Of a stretch of 49,852 nt of DNA, positions 15,379-24,159 are shown one piece after another. The stretch is from assembly GCA_013425425.1 (NCBI GenBank), contig JACCLJ010000053.1, positions 1-49,852 of the forward strand. Reading direction: 5' to 3'. The translations under genes and the position numbers were made by a program. Source of the stretch: Candidatus Micrarchaeota archaeon. GTDB lineage: Archaea > Micrarchaeota > Micrarchaeia > Anstonellales > Bilamarchaeaceae. The notes beneath the pieces were generated by a model, which saw nothing but the letters and a program-made list of their open reading frames with translations, ran no database searches and was not told where the DNA came from. Every line of letters starts with the position of its first letter. Position 1 is the stretch's first letter.

Positions 15379-17844
15379 ATGGGTGGGGAAGGAAATCTGC
15401 AGGAGCTAAAAGCAGCTGAAAGGCCGAGCGTGAGGGAGCGTGTCAAAAACGCTTTCAGGAAAGCATTGCCCATCGTTGTGCCTATCGCACTGGTTGGCGG
15501 GATAGCAATAGGCGCAAGCGTGCGCGGCTGCATGGCGAAAAAGCATGAGAAGATGGAAATCGAGGATTGTATGGCAACCGAACACTGCTACCCGTACACC
15601 CTGAATAATCAGAAGCAGAGTGGAATGCGCGAATTGAACGAAATACACCAGTTGCTCATAAAAAACATCGGCGACAACAACGAAGAGCTCGCCCTTGCAT
15701 TCAAGCACCTCGGCTATATTACGACGAGCTATTTTTTTGACGTTGGGAAAATGCCATTGGTGAAACAGCTTGTTGAAAGTTCCGGCAATAATGCAGTATA
15801 CTCGCTTGAGATACTCTCAAGGCTAACGACAACTCCGGGCTATAATTATAACGCCGGCGGTTACGAAATAACTGCGGATGACGTAACCCGGATTGCGGCG
15901 GCAGTCAACCAGCTTGCGCAAAAATCCGGCGATGCAAAAAAAGACGTTTTCCCGAAGGTTTTGGATTCTGCGAGCACAATGTACTGCTCGAAAGTATGCT
16001 GGTGGTCCATGACTCCGAAAATGTTTGGCGTTGTCGAGGCCATATCGAAGAATTCGGCTTCCAAGGACGACATACTTTACAAAGCCGAAATTATTGCGCG
16101 ATTGAATAGGAGCGGCGAAATGCTCGCAGACCCGGGCGGTTTTGCAAAAAAAATATGCGAAACCGCAGATGCGGTTTCGGCAAAAGCCGGGCCGGGCAAG
16201 GAAGAAGCATTGCGGATTTACCGGACGCTTATGCTAAACCGGCCTTATAGGAACTTGAACGAGAAACCGGAAGATTTCCAGAAGCGGCTGGATGCCTATG
16301 CAGCGAGCGCACAGCCGCAAGGCCTGCTGGATATGATCGGCGTTTTGGCGGAAAGGTCTGCGGACAGCGAAAAATTCACATATGCAATGAAGGTTACGGA
16401 AAAGATTCTGGTTGATAACAAATACAAATCGAAAAAATTCGATGCCGAATTCGCAAACAGGCTTTGCGGCAGCATGGACATGATTGCCGGTGAATCGCAG
16501 GGAAATTGGAAATACGGGCTCGATTTTTTCCTTGCCCTGGTTTCAAATCTGCACTTCGATTTCAACAGCATGAACCCGGAGTTCGCCGGAAAGATAGGCA
16601 AAGCAGCAAATCTCGCTGCCCAGCGCGCAGGAGGGCGGGCCTCGGAGGCGATGGCAAAAATAAATTATTTTGCAGGAGCATATTACACTACGACTGAAGG
16701 GGTGACCCTCTCCACCGAGCAGTACGATTGCGTCGATACGGTGCAAGTTCTTGCGGAAAGGTCGAAAGATGCGGACCAGTTTCTCTGGCATCTCGAGCTC
16801 ATAATCAAATCCGCCTCGCCTCCGGTTAAAGGCAGGGATGAAAAATATGCGATGCTTGCAGGGAAGCTGTGCGACCTCGAGGGCATGATCCTCGCGAGGA
16901 CGAATAACAATCCGGCGGCAATACGCGCGCTTGTCGAGCTGGTAAATAACGTATTCGGCTTCAAACTGGGCGTGGTAAAGCTCGTGGAGATCGGCATAGG
17001 GGACGCGCAGGGGAATGAAGTGATAGATGCAATAAAATCCATGAAAAAAGTCATAGGCTACTCGTCCCGGGAAATTTCCTACAAGGATTATGAAGAGGGC
17101 GCTGCACTCGTAAATGCAATTTTCAGGGCCGAGAAGCCAGACCTTAGGAAGGTGCTGAATTTTTCTTACGGCGTTTCGGTCATCGGAGCCGAGAAAACGC
17201 GCGAAATGTACAAGATATTCGGCATCGAGTACTTTTTCAGGTACCCGGCCGAGCTTTTGGAGGAAGCAAGCAGGAATGCAGACCCCTCAAACCCGTCCCA
17301 GAAGCCCCTTCTGCTTTCAATGGCCGCCAAAACAGACTGGAATAACGCTTTCTCCGGCATCGGCTGGGAGCTGAAAGGGCTTACGAAATATTACAGGGTT
17401 CTGATTGCGGAAACAAACGCCGACCTGACTTTTTACAGCAGGATAAACGAAGTTTCCGCGCTATACAAGCAGCCGATATCCGTGCTTGTCATAAACGGCC
17501 ATGGAACGCCGTACGGCGTATGGCTTGGCAATACGGGCAGCAAAACCGGTGCATTGAGCCATGGCGATGGGCTGGAGGTGGCAAGGCTGCAGGACAGTTT
17601 TGTCAAGAACCCGTTAATCATCTTCAACTCCTGCTCGACGGGAAAGAACCATTCAGCCATCGGTGGGGCATTCTCAAAGCTCCTCGGCGCAACCGTTTTC
17701 GCTCCCACAGACATAAGCTACGGTGCCGATTACATCCTCGACGCTGAGGGCCGGATAATCAGGGCATGCTACAACGTTTCGACAACGGAATACATAAATG
17801 GCATGCCCCATTCCATCCCAGCCGACACCTGCACGAAGAAATAG
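15379..17844 (+). CDS. Membrane-anchored 821-aa protein: N-terminal TM, long helical-repeat region, C-terminal CHAT/caspase-like (clan CD) domain
   Basis: TM at about aa 30-48. Repeated VLAERS.D...F helical modules. C-terminus has SVLVINGHG (His708) ... PLIIFNSCSTG (Cys752) ... LGATVFAPTD, the His-Gly / strand-Cys arrangement of CHAT and caspase-fold peptidases. Confidence 0.7.
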   Translation: MGGEGNLQELKAAERPSVRERVKNAFRKALPIVVPIALVGGIAIGASVRGCMAKKHEKMEIEDCMATEHCYPYTLNNQKQSGMRELNEIHQLLIKNIGDNNEELALAFKHLGYITTSYFFDVGKMPLVKQLVESSGNNAVYSLEILSRLTTTPGYNYNAGGYEITADDVTRIAAAVNQLAQKSGDAKKDVFPKVLDSASTMYCSKVCWWSMTPKMFGVVEAISKNSASKDDILYKAEIIARLNRSGEMLADPGGFAKKICETADAVSAKAGPGKEEALRIYRTLMLNRPYRNLNEKPEDFQKRLDAYAASAQPQGLLDMIGVLAERSADSEKFTYAMKVTEKILVDNKYKSKKFDAEFANRLCGSMDMIAGESQGNWKYGLDFFLALVSNLHFDFNSMNPEFAGKIGKAANLAAQRAGGRASEAMAKINYFAGAYYTTTEGVTLSTEQYDCVDTVQVLAERSKDADQFLWHLELIIKSASPPVKGRDEKYAMLAGKLCDLEGMILARTNNNPAAIRALVELVNNVFGFKLGVVKLVEIGIGDAQGNEVIDAIKSMKKVIGYSSREISYKDYEEGAALVNAIFRAEKPDLRKVLNFSYGVSVIGAEKTREMYKIFGIEYFFRYPAELLEEASRNADPSNPSQKPLLLSMAAKTDWNNAFSGIGWELKGLTKYYRVLIAETNADLTFYSRINEVSALYKQPISVLVINGHGTPYGVWLGNTGSKTGALSHGDGLEVARLQDSFVKNPLIIFNSCSTGKNHSAIGGAFSKLLGATVFAPTDISYGADYILDAEGRIIRACYNVSTTEYINGMPHSIPADTCTKK

Positions 17845-17850
17845 CCTCCT

Positions 17851-17888
17851 TATCTATGTGGCAAACGCTAGATGAAAATGTTTAAAAA
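17851..17888 (+). promoter_or_regulatory. Promoter/operator copy 2: ...AAACGCTAGATGAAAATGTTTAAAAA
   Basis: Identical 20-nt core TAGATGAAAATGTTTAAAAA. TATA ends 24 nt before ATG 17913, which implies a leaderless mRNA. Confidence 0.65.
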
Positions 17889-17912
17889 CCCGACTTGACA
17901 TAAGATAGTGTA

Positions 17913-19469
17913 ATGAGCGGAAAACACGTTGAAAAGCAGGAGGCAGTCATAGCACGCCCAATCCGTGTCATAGGCGACTGGTCAAAAGCGCATCTGTCCT
18001 CAATCGAGCTTCCAGACTACAAGATGAAGCTCATCGAAGCGGTTACCCGCTCGAGAAGGAAAGACGAAGCGATCGGAATTCTCAAGGGCATGCATCCCGG
18101 AGCGAGGGAGCTGAAGCTGAGGACCGAAATAGCAAAATTATATGGCGAGGACAACTGGGAGCAGGATGTTGAAAGATATACGAAAGCAATGGGCGAACTG
18201 CGCTGGGAATACGGATTGAGGAGCCCGGACTCCGACGAAAAGCTCGAAGCGGTGCGGAATGAAGACAATTTAAGCGAAGCGCAGAAAATTGCACTTGCAA
18301 ACAGGTTCAAAATGGGAATAAGCAATCTTGAGATTGCAGCTTCAATCCAGCTCAAGCTCAGGAAAACGGACGGGAAAAAACTTTCGCTTAAAATGTTTGA
18401 TGAAAATGAGAGGAAAATACTCAATGTTCTTCTGCCAGGCAAATCGCCTCTGGAAGAGAAAGCTTCTAGTGAGGAACTGGAGAGGCTGAAAAAAGAACTC
18501 ATCGAGAAATTTTATGTGAAAATCGAAAATAGGAGCGGCATATACCTGGAAAGAAAAGTCATCTACCCTGCTGCGCTTGCGCTCTATAACAGCGGAGAAT
18601 GCGGAATCGAAACATTGCGCCAGGCGGTGAGGGAAAAGAAAGAGGCGGAAATCCTGCTTGAATTCATGGGGAGGGAACCGCAGCACAAGGTTGAATTCGT
18701 TGAAAGAGGCCTTACGCGCAGGAAAAATGACGTGAACGAAGATGCGCTAAACCGCGTGAACGAGGACGCGCTGCTGTCGGCGGATATTCATGTAAACGGA
18801 AAAATAAAACGGCTGGATGCTGTTTTCGACGGGGTCGGAAGCTCTAACAAGGCATCTTCGGCAAGCAGCATGGCGGTAGAAGTCTTCAAGCTTGGCCTGC
18901 TCCTGAAGCCGCCGAAATCGACGGCTGACCTGGAACTGCTGATGGGCATGGCCGACCTCGCGATTTTCACATGCAGGGCCGCGAACGTCGGGCTGGACGC
19001 ATCAGCAACAACCGCCGCAGTATTCCTATTGGACGGAAAGAATGCAGCCGCAAGCCATGCGGGAGACAGCGGGTGGAAGGTTTTCAGGAAAAATAAGGCC
19101 ATATACTCCAGCATAGACCATTCGGTGGCTGCAGAGCTTGAAAAAGACGGACATCCGAGCGAAGGCCCGCGGTCCAGCGTGATAACCTCGGCGCTAGGGA
19201 CGAGCTTCAACCACCTCGATTCGTGCATCCTCGATTTGAAAAAAGGGGACGTATACGTGCTCTACACTGATGGGGTAGGCGATACCGTAAAAAACGAGGA
19301 AATGGGGAAGATATTTTCCGAAGAGGACGATGTTGCTCTTTCGGAAACGAGGATTTTCACACTGGCGCGTTCGAGGAACGAAAATGATAAAAAGTATCCT
19401 TCGCTCACCGGCGGCATTGTTTACGGAAAATGCGACGACGATACTGTTATTGCCGGCAGGGTAGAATAA
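17913..19469 (+). CDS. PP2C/PPM-family Ser/Thr phosphatase with a roughly 265-aa helical N-terminal extension
   Basis: PPM motifs in order: NEDA (present twice), DAVFDGVGS, HAGDSG, LYTDGVGD, CDDDTV. Confidence 0.8.
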   Translation: MSGKHVEKQEAVIARPIRVIGDWSKAHLSSIELPDYKMKLIEAVTRSRRKDEAIGILKGMHPGARELKLRTEIAKLYGEDNWEQDVERYTKAMGELRWEYGLRSPDSDEKLEAVRNEDNLSEAQKIALANRFKMGISNLEIAASIQLKLRKTDGKKLSLKMFDENERKILNVLLPGKSPLEEKASSEELERLKKELIEKFYVKIENRSGIYLERKVIYPAALALYNSGECGIETLRQAVREKKEAEILLEFMGREPQHKVEFVERGLTRRKNDVNEDALNRVNEDALLSADIHVNGKIKRLDAVFDGVGSSNKASSASSMAVEVFKLGLLLKPPKSTADLELLMGMADLAIFTCRAANVGLDASATTAAVFLLDGKNAAASHAGDSGWKVFRKNKAIYSSIDHSVAAELEKDGHPSEGPRSSVITSALGTSFNHLDSCILDLKKGDVYVLYTDGVGDTVKNEEMGKIFSEEDDVALSETRIFTLARSRNENDKKYPSLTGGIVYGKCDDDTVIAGRVE

Positions 19470-19489
19470 TAAAAGAAAAAAATATAAAA

Positions 19490-20161
19490 CTACGAACTGT
19501 TAGACTGTGCGCTGGGCGTCTGCGTATCCAGGCCCTCTGTGCCGAACGGCTCTTCCGTTTCTATCTGGAACAAGCCGGCAAGCTGCTCCTCAGTTATGTT
19601 CGTTCCGCCAGCCCCGCCGCCGGTTTCGTTATCCCCGGAAGTCCCGTTTTCAGGAATAATCAGCCCCGTGCATCTCCAGTTTATTTCCGCAGTTCTGGTC
19701 AGCTCGTCAACAACGCATGCTGGAGAGCATCCCTGCCGCACTATGTCGGTTTCGAACCACCATGTGTGCGTATTCTCGTTGTACATGTACTCGTCCGTGA
19801 TGCCTCCCTCCCCCATGCAAGCACTGCCAAGCGCTATCGCGCGCGCCTCGTCAAGCGTGATGCTGCCTTCGACACATGGCTCCTCCCATGTCCTGAGGCA
19901 TTTCTGCTTTACCTCGCACCAGCTATACCCTGCAGACCCTATGCAGCCATGCTCGTCCCTGTCCCCGCCAAGCGGCGTGGCTTCGGTGCAGTTCTCCTCC
20001 CACGAGCGGATGCATTTCTGCTTCGCTTCGCACCAGGAGTATCCCGCAGACGGGATGCATCCATGCCCATCGCGGTCGCTTCCCGGCGGCCCCTGCTGCG
20101 CGCATCCGAAGAAAAGGAACAAACCGCCAACCAACAACAATAGTATTATCCTTGTTTTCAT
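19490..20161 (-). CDS. Secreted/lipobox cysteine-rich protein with two tandem roughly 38-aa Cys4 repeats
   Basis: Start ATG 20161 (MKTRIILLLLVGGLFLFFGC). Repeats are G.DRD.HGCI.SAGYSWCE.KQKC.R.WEE.C. C-terminal Cys-containing domain, then a Thr/Gly/Asn-rich tail. Confidence 0.75.
   Translation of the reverse strand: MKTRIILLLLVGGLFLFFGCAQQGPPGSDRDGHGCIPSAGYSWCEAKQKCIRSWEENCTEATPLGGDRDEHGCIGSAGYSWCEVKQKCLRTWEEPCVEGSITLDEARAIALGSACMGEGGITDEYMYNENTHTWWFETDIVRQGCSPACVVDELTRTAEINWRCTGLIIPENGTSGDNETGGGAGGTNITEEQLAGLFQIETEEPFGTEGLDTQTPSAQSNSS
19853..20083 (-). repeat. In-frame tandem duplication (2 x about 115 nt) encoding the Cys4 module
   Basis: GSDRDGHGCIPSAGYSWCEAKQKCIRSWEENC versus GGDRDEHGCIGSAGYSWCEVKQKCLRTWEEPC. 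Confidence 0.8.
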
Positions 20162-21075
20162 TCGAACATCCCCTCCAGTATCAATGCCCTTATGGAATTG
20201 AAATCGTTCGCAATCACCAGCCCGTCGGTCCAGCACCCGAGGTTCTGCCTGCTGTACTCCGCGTTGTTTTCCACGCCAGCGGAATATTCGCATTCCTCGA
20301 GCAGGTCGTCTATGTCCTCTTCAAGCTCATCGCCTCTTTCGAGGATTTCCTCCCTGTTGCCGTTGTTGCCCTCTTCGATTATCGGCCTTGCATAATCTAT
20401 GACCGCCTTCATCTGCTCAGCCCTGAAGAGCAGCATGAGCCTGGAATGCCTGAGGTGCAGTTTTTCGATCTCCTTTGTATCATGCGTATCATACACGGCA
20501 TCCGCATCGTCTACAAGCTCTTCGCCATATTCGATGTTCTGTTCCATCCCGGACGTATCCGCGCCAAGGTCCTGCAGGTCTTCTATCTCCTCATTGCCCT
20601 TTTCAAGTTCATTATTCACATACTCCTTTGCGGCGACCTTCTCCTTGTCAAGCGCTGCGGCTACGCATTCGTCCCGCATACTCTTGAGCGGCTCGTCATT
20701 TTCGTCGACGCAAGCGAAGAAGCCGAGAGTCTTGTTCCTGAACGCGTCGCCCACTATTGCGCCTATCAGCGCCAGGGAATCGAGCCCGAGCTTAAAAGAA
20801 GCGGCACCGAATTCAGGCTCGTCCGCATCGTCCGCGGCCTCCCTGAGGTCTGCCAGGTCTCCATCAAGCGTATCCACGTAATCTGAAGAATCGAACACAG
20901 TTACGTTCTCCTCAATCCCGCACTCCTCCCGCATGGAGAGGAATTCCTTCCCGAAATCCACGTTGCATGCCGCAAGGTCGTACCGTGCATCGAGCATGGC
21001 AGGCGTTGCCTGATTATACCATGCGGAAGCCAGGCCGGACAAGGCGACAAGAACAAAGGCCAAAACCCATTTCAT
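20158..21075 (-). CDS. Secreted, highly acidic protein (orphan)
   Basis: Start ATG 21075 (MKWVLAFVLVALSGLASA signal peptide). Asp/Glu-rich with paired cysteines. Its TGA overlaps the ATG of the downstream Cys-rich gene (ATGA), which implies an operon. Confidence 0.7.
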   Translation of the reverse strand: MKWVLAFVLVALSGLASAWYNQATPAMLDARYDLAACNVDFGKEFLSMREECGIEENVTVFDSSDYVDTLDGDLADLREAADDADEPEFGAASFKLGLDSLALIGAIVGDAFRNKTLGFFACVDENDEPLKSMRDECVAAALDKEKVAAKEYVNNELEKGNEEIEDLQDLGADTSGMEQNIEYGEELVDDADAVYDTHDTKEIEKLHLRHSRLMLLFRAEQMKAVIDYARPIIEEGNNGNREEILERGDELEEDIDDLLEECEYSAGVENNAEYSRQNLGCWTDGLVIANDFNSIRALILEGMFE

Positions 21076-21120
21076 AGAATCACTTTCTCCCAGCAAGCTG
21101 TTATCCCTAACATTACCCAA

Positions 21121-21132
21121 CCTTTAAAAATA
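21121..21132 (+). promoter_or_regulatory. TATA box (CCTTTAAAAATA) for psmB
   Basis: AT-rich box about 45 nt upstream of ATG 21177, in the divergent intergenic region. Confidence 0.5.
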
Positions 21133-21176
21133 TTATTATTCACAATAATTCCACTTGTTCTCCCAATGTGATAACT

Positions 21177-21809
21177 ATGAATAATGAAACAGGTGCTATG
21201 GAAGCCAGGAAAACAGGAACCACTACGGTGGGCCTTGTTTTTAAGAGCGGAGTCGTTCTTGCCTCGGACAGAAGGGCCACTATGGGCTATTACATAGCAA
21301 GCAAGGACATAGACAAGGTTTATCAGATAGCGGACAACATAGCGATGACCATAGCCGGCAGCGTCGGCGATGCGCAGACGCTCATACGATGGATGAAGGC
21401 CGAGCTGAAGCTTTACCAGCTCAAGCATGACAAGAAGCCGAGCGTGGAGGCTGCGGCAACCCTGCTTGCGACGATACTTTCGCAGTACAAATTCTACCCG
21501 TTTTACGTCCAGCTCCTTGTGGGCGGGATTGACGCCAAGCCGAGGCTTTTCAGCGTCGACATGCTCGGCGGCATCACCGAGGAGAAGATAACCTCGACGG
21601 GCAGCGGCTCGCCGATAGCCATAGGCATCCTTGAAGAGTTTTACAAGGAGGGCGCATCCGAGGAGGAGTGCCTTATCATCGCAGCGAAATCGGTCAGTGC
21701 GGCCATCAAGAGGGATGCCGGAAGCGGCGAAGCGGTAGATCTGGTAGTGGTTGATGATAAAGGCTTCAGAAGGCTCCACAAAGAAGACGTCAAGAAACTG
21801 CTCAAATAG
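21177..21809 (+). CDS. psmB: 20S proteasome beta subunit
   Basis: Propeptide then G|TTTVGLVFKSGVVLASDRRATMG (Thr1 nucleophile). GTG 21168 is an alternative start. Confidence 0.93.
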   Translation: MNNETGAMEARKTGTTTVGLVFKSGVVLASDRRATMGYYIASKDIDKVYQIADNIAMTIAGSVGDAQTLIRWMKAELKLYQLKHDKKPSVEAAATLLATILSQYKFYPFYVQLLVGGIDAKPRLFSVDMLGGITEEKITSTGSGSPIAIGILEEFYKEGASEEECLIIAAKSVSAAIKRDAGSGEAVDLVVVDDKGFRRLHKEDVKKLLK

Positions 21810-21820
21810 CCATTTACAGG

Positions 21821-21865
21821 TTTATTTTTGTTTTTTGCGGATATTTTTTTGGCATACGTTTTTCG
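21821..21865 (+). terminator. Series of oligo-T runs (T5, T6, T7, T5)
   Basis: TTTATTTTTGTTTTTTGCGGATATTTTTTTGGCATACGTTTTT directly after the psmB stop. Confidence 0.6.
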
Positions 21866-21888
21866 AAGACTAATAAAAAGGTGTTTTT

Positions 21889-23784
21889 TTGCACTATAAA
21901 GAGATAATAAAGAAAGTAAGCGAGATGATGCCCAAGGAATGCGAGGTGACCAAGATTGAGCCGGAAGGGCTTTCCATGGTCATATACCTCAAGAACATAG
22001 AGGCATTCTACAAGAGCGACACGCTCATCAAGGAGCTTGCGACGGCGATAAAGAAGAAGGTTACGATACGGACAGACCCGGCAGCGCTTGCTCCGGTGGA
22101 TAAGGCGAAGAAGCTAATAGAGTCGCTCATACCGGCCGAAGCGGGGGTGAAGGGCATATCATTCGTCCCGGAAATGTCAGAGGTCCATATCGAGGCAATG
22201 AAGTCCGGCCTCGTGATCGGGAAGGGCGGTTCGCTGCTCAAGGAAATCATGCTGAAAACGGGCTGGTCGCCGATGGTCATAAGGGCGCCGACCATGCCCT
22301 CCGTTACCCTGGACGGAGTCAGGAAGATAACCGTGGTCGAGGCCGCGGAGAGGAAGAAATTCCTCATAGAAATCGGAAAGAAGATATGCCAGCCAAACCC
22401 AACAAGCGACTGGATACGGGTGGTGGGCCTCGGGGGTTTCAAGGAAGTGGGCCGTTCCTGCCTTCTCGTCCAGACGCAGAACAGCAAGGTGCTTATCGAC
22501 GTTGGCGTTAACGCATCTACAAGCGATACCGCAAGGGCGTATCCATACCTCAACATGCTCGGATTTTCCATGGGCGAACTCGACGCGGTCGTGATAAGCC
22601 ACGGCCACATGGACCACATGGGCTTCCTTCCGTATCTGTTTGCATACGGATACGAAGGCCCGGTCTACTGCACGCCGCCCACAAGGGAACTCATGGTCCT
22701 TCTCCAGCAGGATTACATAAACCTGTGCAAGAAGTCGCTCAACATCGAGCCTTTGTATTCGAAAAAGGACATACACAACGAGCTGAAGCACATAATACCC
22801 GTCGATTACGGAGAGGTGGTCGACATAACCCCGGAAATAAAGATGACGCTTTACAACGCGGGGCACATCCTGGGGAGCTCTTCGGTCCATCTCCATATAG
22901 GGGAAGGGGCGCACAATCTCGTTTACAGCGGCGACCTCAAATTCGGATTTACGCGGCTTTTCGATCCCGCCAACATACGATTCCCGAGGCTCGAGACGCT
23001 GCTCATAGAAAGCACATACGGAGGCAGGAACGACATCTCGCTCAACCGCTACGACAGCGAGATGAGGCTCACGAACATAATCGAGGAGACAATCGCGAAA
23101 AGGGGCAAGGTGCTCATACCCGTTTTCGCGGTGGGAAGGAGCCAGGAAATACTCCTGGTTCTGGAAGAATACGTGAGGAAACATCCCGAGTTCCAGATTC
23201 CGATATACATAGACGGCATGGTTCTGGAGGCATCCGCAATCCACACCGCATATCCGGAATACCTGCGCGAGCAGCTCCAGAGAAGGATACTGTCCGACAG
23301 GAGCCCGTTCGAAAACCCGCTCATACGGATTGCAAAGGGAACCGACAAGGAGACGATAGTGGGAGGCGAGCCGGCGATAATCCTTGCGCCTTCCGGTATG
23401 CTTGCCGGCGGGCCGTCTGCCGAATATCTGAGGATGATGGCTGACGACGAGAAGAACTCGCTCATATTCGTAGGCTACCAAAGCTCGCTGTCGCTGGGCC
23501 ACAAGATACAGAACGGGATGAAGGAGGTCCCGACGATAGGGGACGACGGAAAAACAAAGCTGCTCAAGATAAACATGAGGGTCGAGACCGCCGAAGGGTT
23601 TTCGGGCCACAGCGACAGGGCGCAGCTTATGGCATATCTCAAGAACCTCCGGCCGACTCCGGAGCGCGTCATCACCATGCACGGCGACCTGAACAAAACC
23701 GAGGATTTCGCCCGGTCCGCGGGCATGCTTCTGAGGAAGGAATCCAGGGCCATGGGAGACCTTGAGGCCTATCGGCTGAGATGA
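21889..23784 (+). CDS. aCPSF1/FttA: KH-domain beta-CASP metallo-beta-lactamase ribonuclease (transcription termination factor)
   Basis: Two N-terminal KH-like segments, HGHMDH (HxHxDH), beta-CASP region, C-terminal HGD. The TTG start at 21889 is supported because the conserved N-terminal helix (EIIKKVSEMMP) lies upstream of the first ATG. Confidence 0.92.
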   Translation: MHYKEIIKKVSEMMPKECEVTKIEPEGLSMVIYLKNIEAFYKSDTLIKELATAIKKKVTIRTDPAALAPVDKAKKLIESLIPAEAGVKGISFVPEMSEVHIEAMKSGLVIGKGGSLLKEIMLKTGWSPMVIRAPTMPSVTLDGVRKITVVEAAERKKFLIEIGKKICQPNPTSDWIRVVGLGGFKEVGRSCLLVQTQNSKVLIDVGVNASTSDTARAYPYLNMLGFSMGELDAVVISHGHMDHMGFLPYLFAYGYEGPVYCTPPTRELMVLLQQDYINLCKKSLNIEPLYSKKDIHNELKHIIPVDYGEVVDITPEIKMTLYNAGHILGSSSVHLHIGEGAHNLVYSGDLKFGFTRLFDPANIRFPRLETLLIESTYGGRNDISLNRYDSEMRLTNIIEETIAKRGKVLIPVFAVGRSQEILLVLEEYVRKHPEFQIPIYIDGMVLEASAIHTAYPEYLREQLQRRILSDRSPFENPLIRIAKGTDKETIVGGEPAIILAPSGMLAGGPSAEYLRMMADDEKNSLIFVGYQSSLSLGHKIQNGMKEVPTIGDDGKTKLLKINMRVETAEGFSGHSDRAQLMAYLKNLRPTPERVITMHGDLNKTEDFARSAGMLLRKESRAMGDLEAYRLR

Positions 23785-23788
23785 TAAC

Positions 23789-24049
23789 ATGCAGAAAGTC
23801 TTTCTCAGGATAAAGCCGTGCAGGATGATGGTTCTTCTAAAAGAATCCGGCTCGAAGTACATATCCGAATTGGCGAAGGAAAGCGGAGCGACTTACGTCC
23901 ATGCGACGAAGCTCATAAGGCACCTTGAGAAGGAAGGAATCGTGACGATAGAGCAGAACGGAAAGAAGAGGATGGTAAAACTCACCGAAAAAGGAATGAA
24001 GATTGCAACCGCGCTTTCGGAGGCAACGAACTCATTTACCGCTGTTTGA
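23789..24049 (+). CDS. Small winged-helix (MarR/ArsR-like) DNA-binding protein
   Basis: YISELAKESGATYVHATKLIRHLEKEGIVTIEQNGKKRMVKLTEKG is an HTH plus wing. Starts 5 nt after the aCPSF1 stop. Confidence 0.75.
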   Translation: MQKVFLRIKPCRMMVLLKESGSKYISELAKESGATYVHATKLIRHLEKEGIVTIEQNGKKRMVKLTEKGMKIATALSEATNSFTAV

Positions 24050-24149
24050 TGAAATGTAAATTTCATCAATGTCAAGGTCGACGAATCGACCTTGAGCATG
24101 TTCATGAATGATGCGTCGTTCATGACATCGTGAACGATTCGTCGTTCAC
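24047..24149. other. Three consecutive perfect hairpins with stable tetraloops, plus an alternative pairing
   Basis: Hairpin 1 (24047-24068): TGATGAAAT-GTAA-ATTTCATCA. Hairpin 2 (24074-24093): AAGGTCGA-CGAA-TCGACCTT. Hairpin 3 (24130-24149): GTGAACGA-TTCG-TCGTTCAC. TGAACGA can also pair with TCGTTCA at 24116-24122. Confidence 0.7.
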
Positions 24150-24159
24150 GGCTTGACAA

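Noticed and set aside
24047-24149. Hairpin array considered as a mini-CRISPR or other repeat array.
   Set aside because: The three stems have different sequences, there is no repeat-spacer periodicity, and no cas genes are present.
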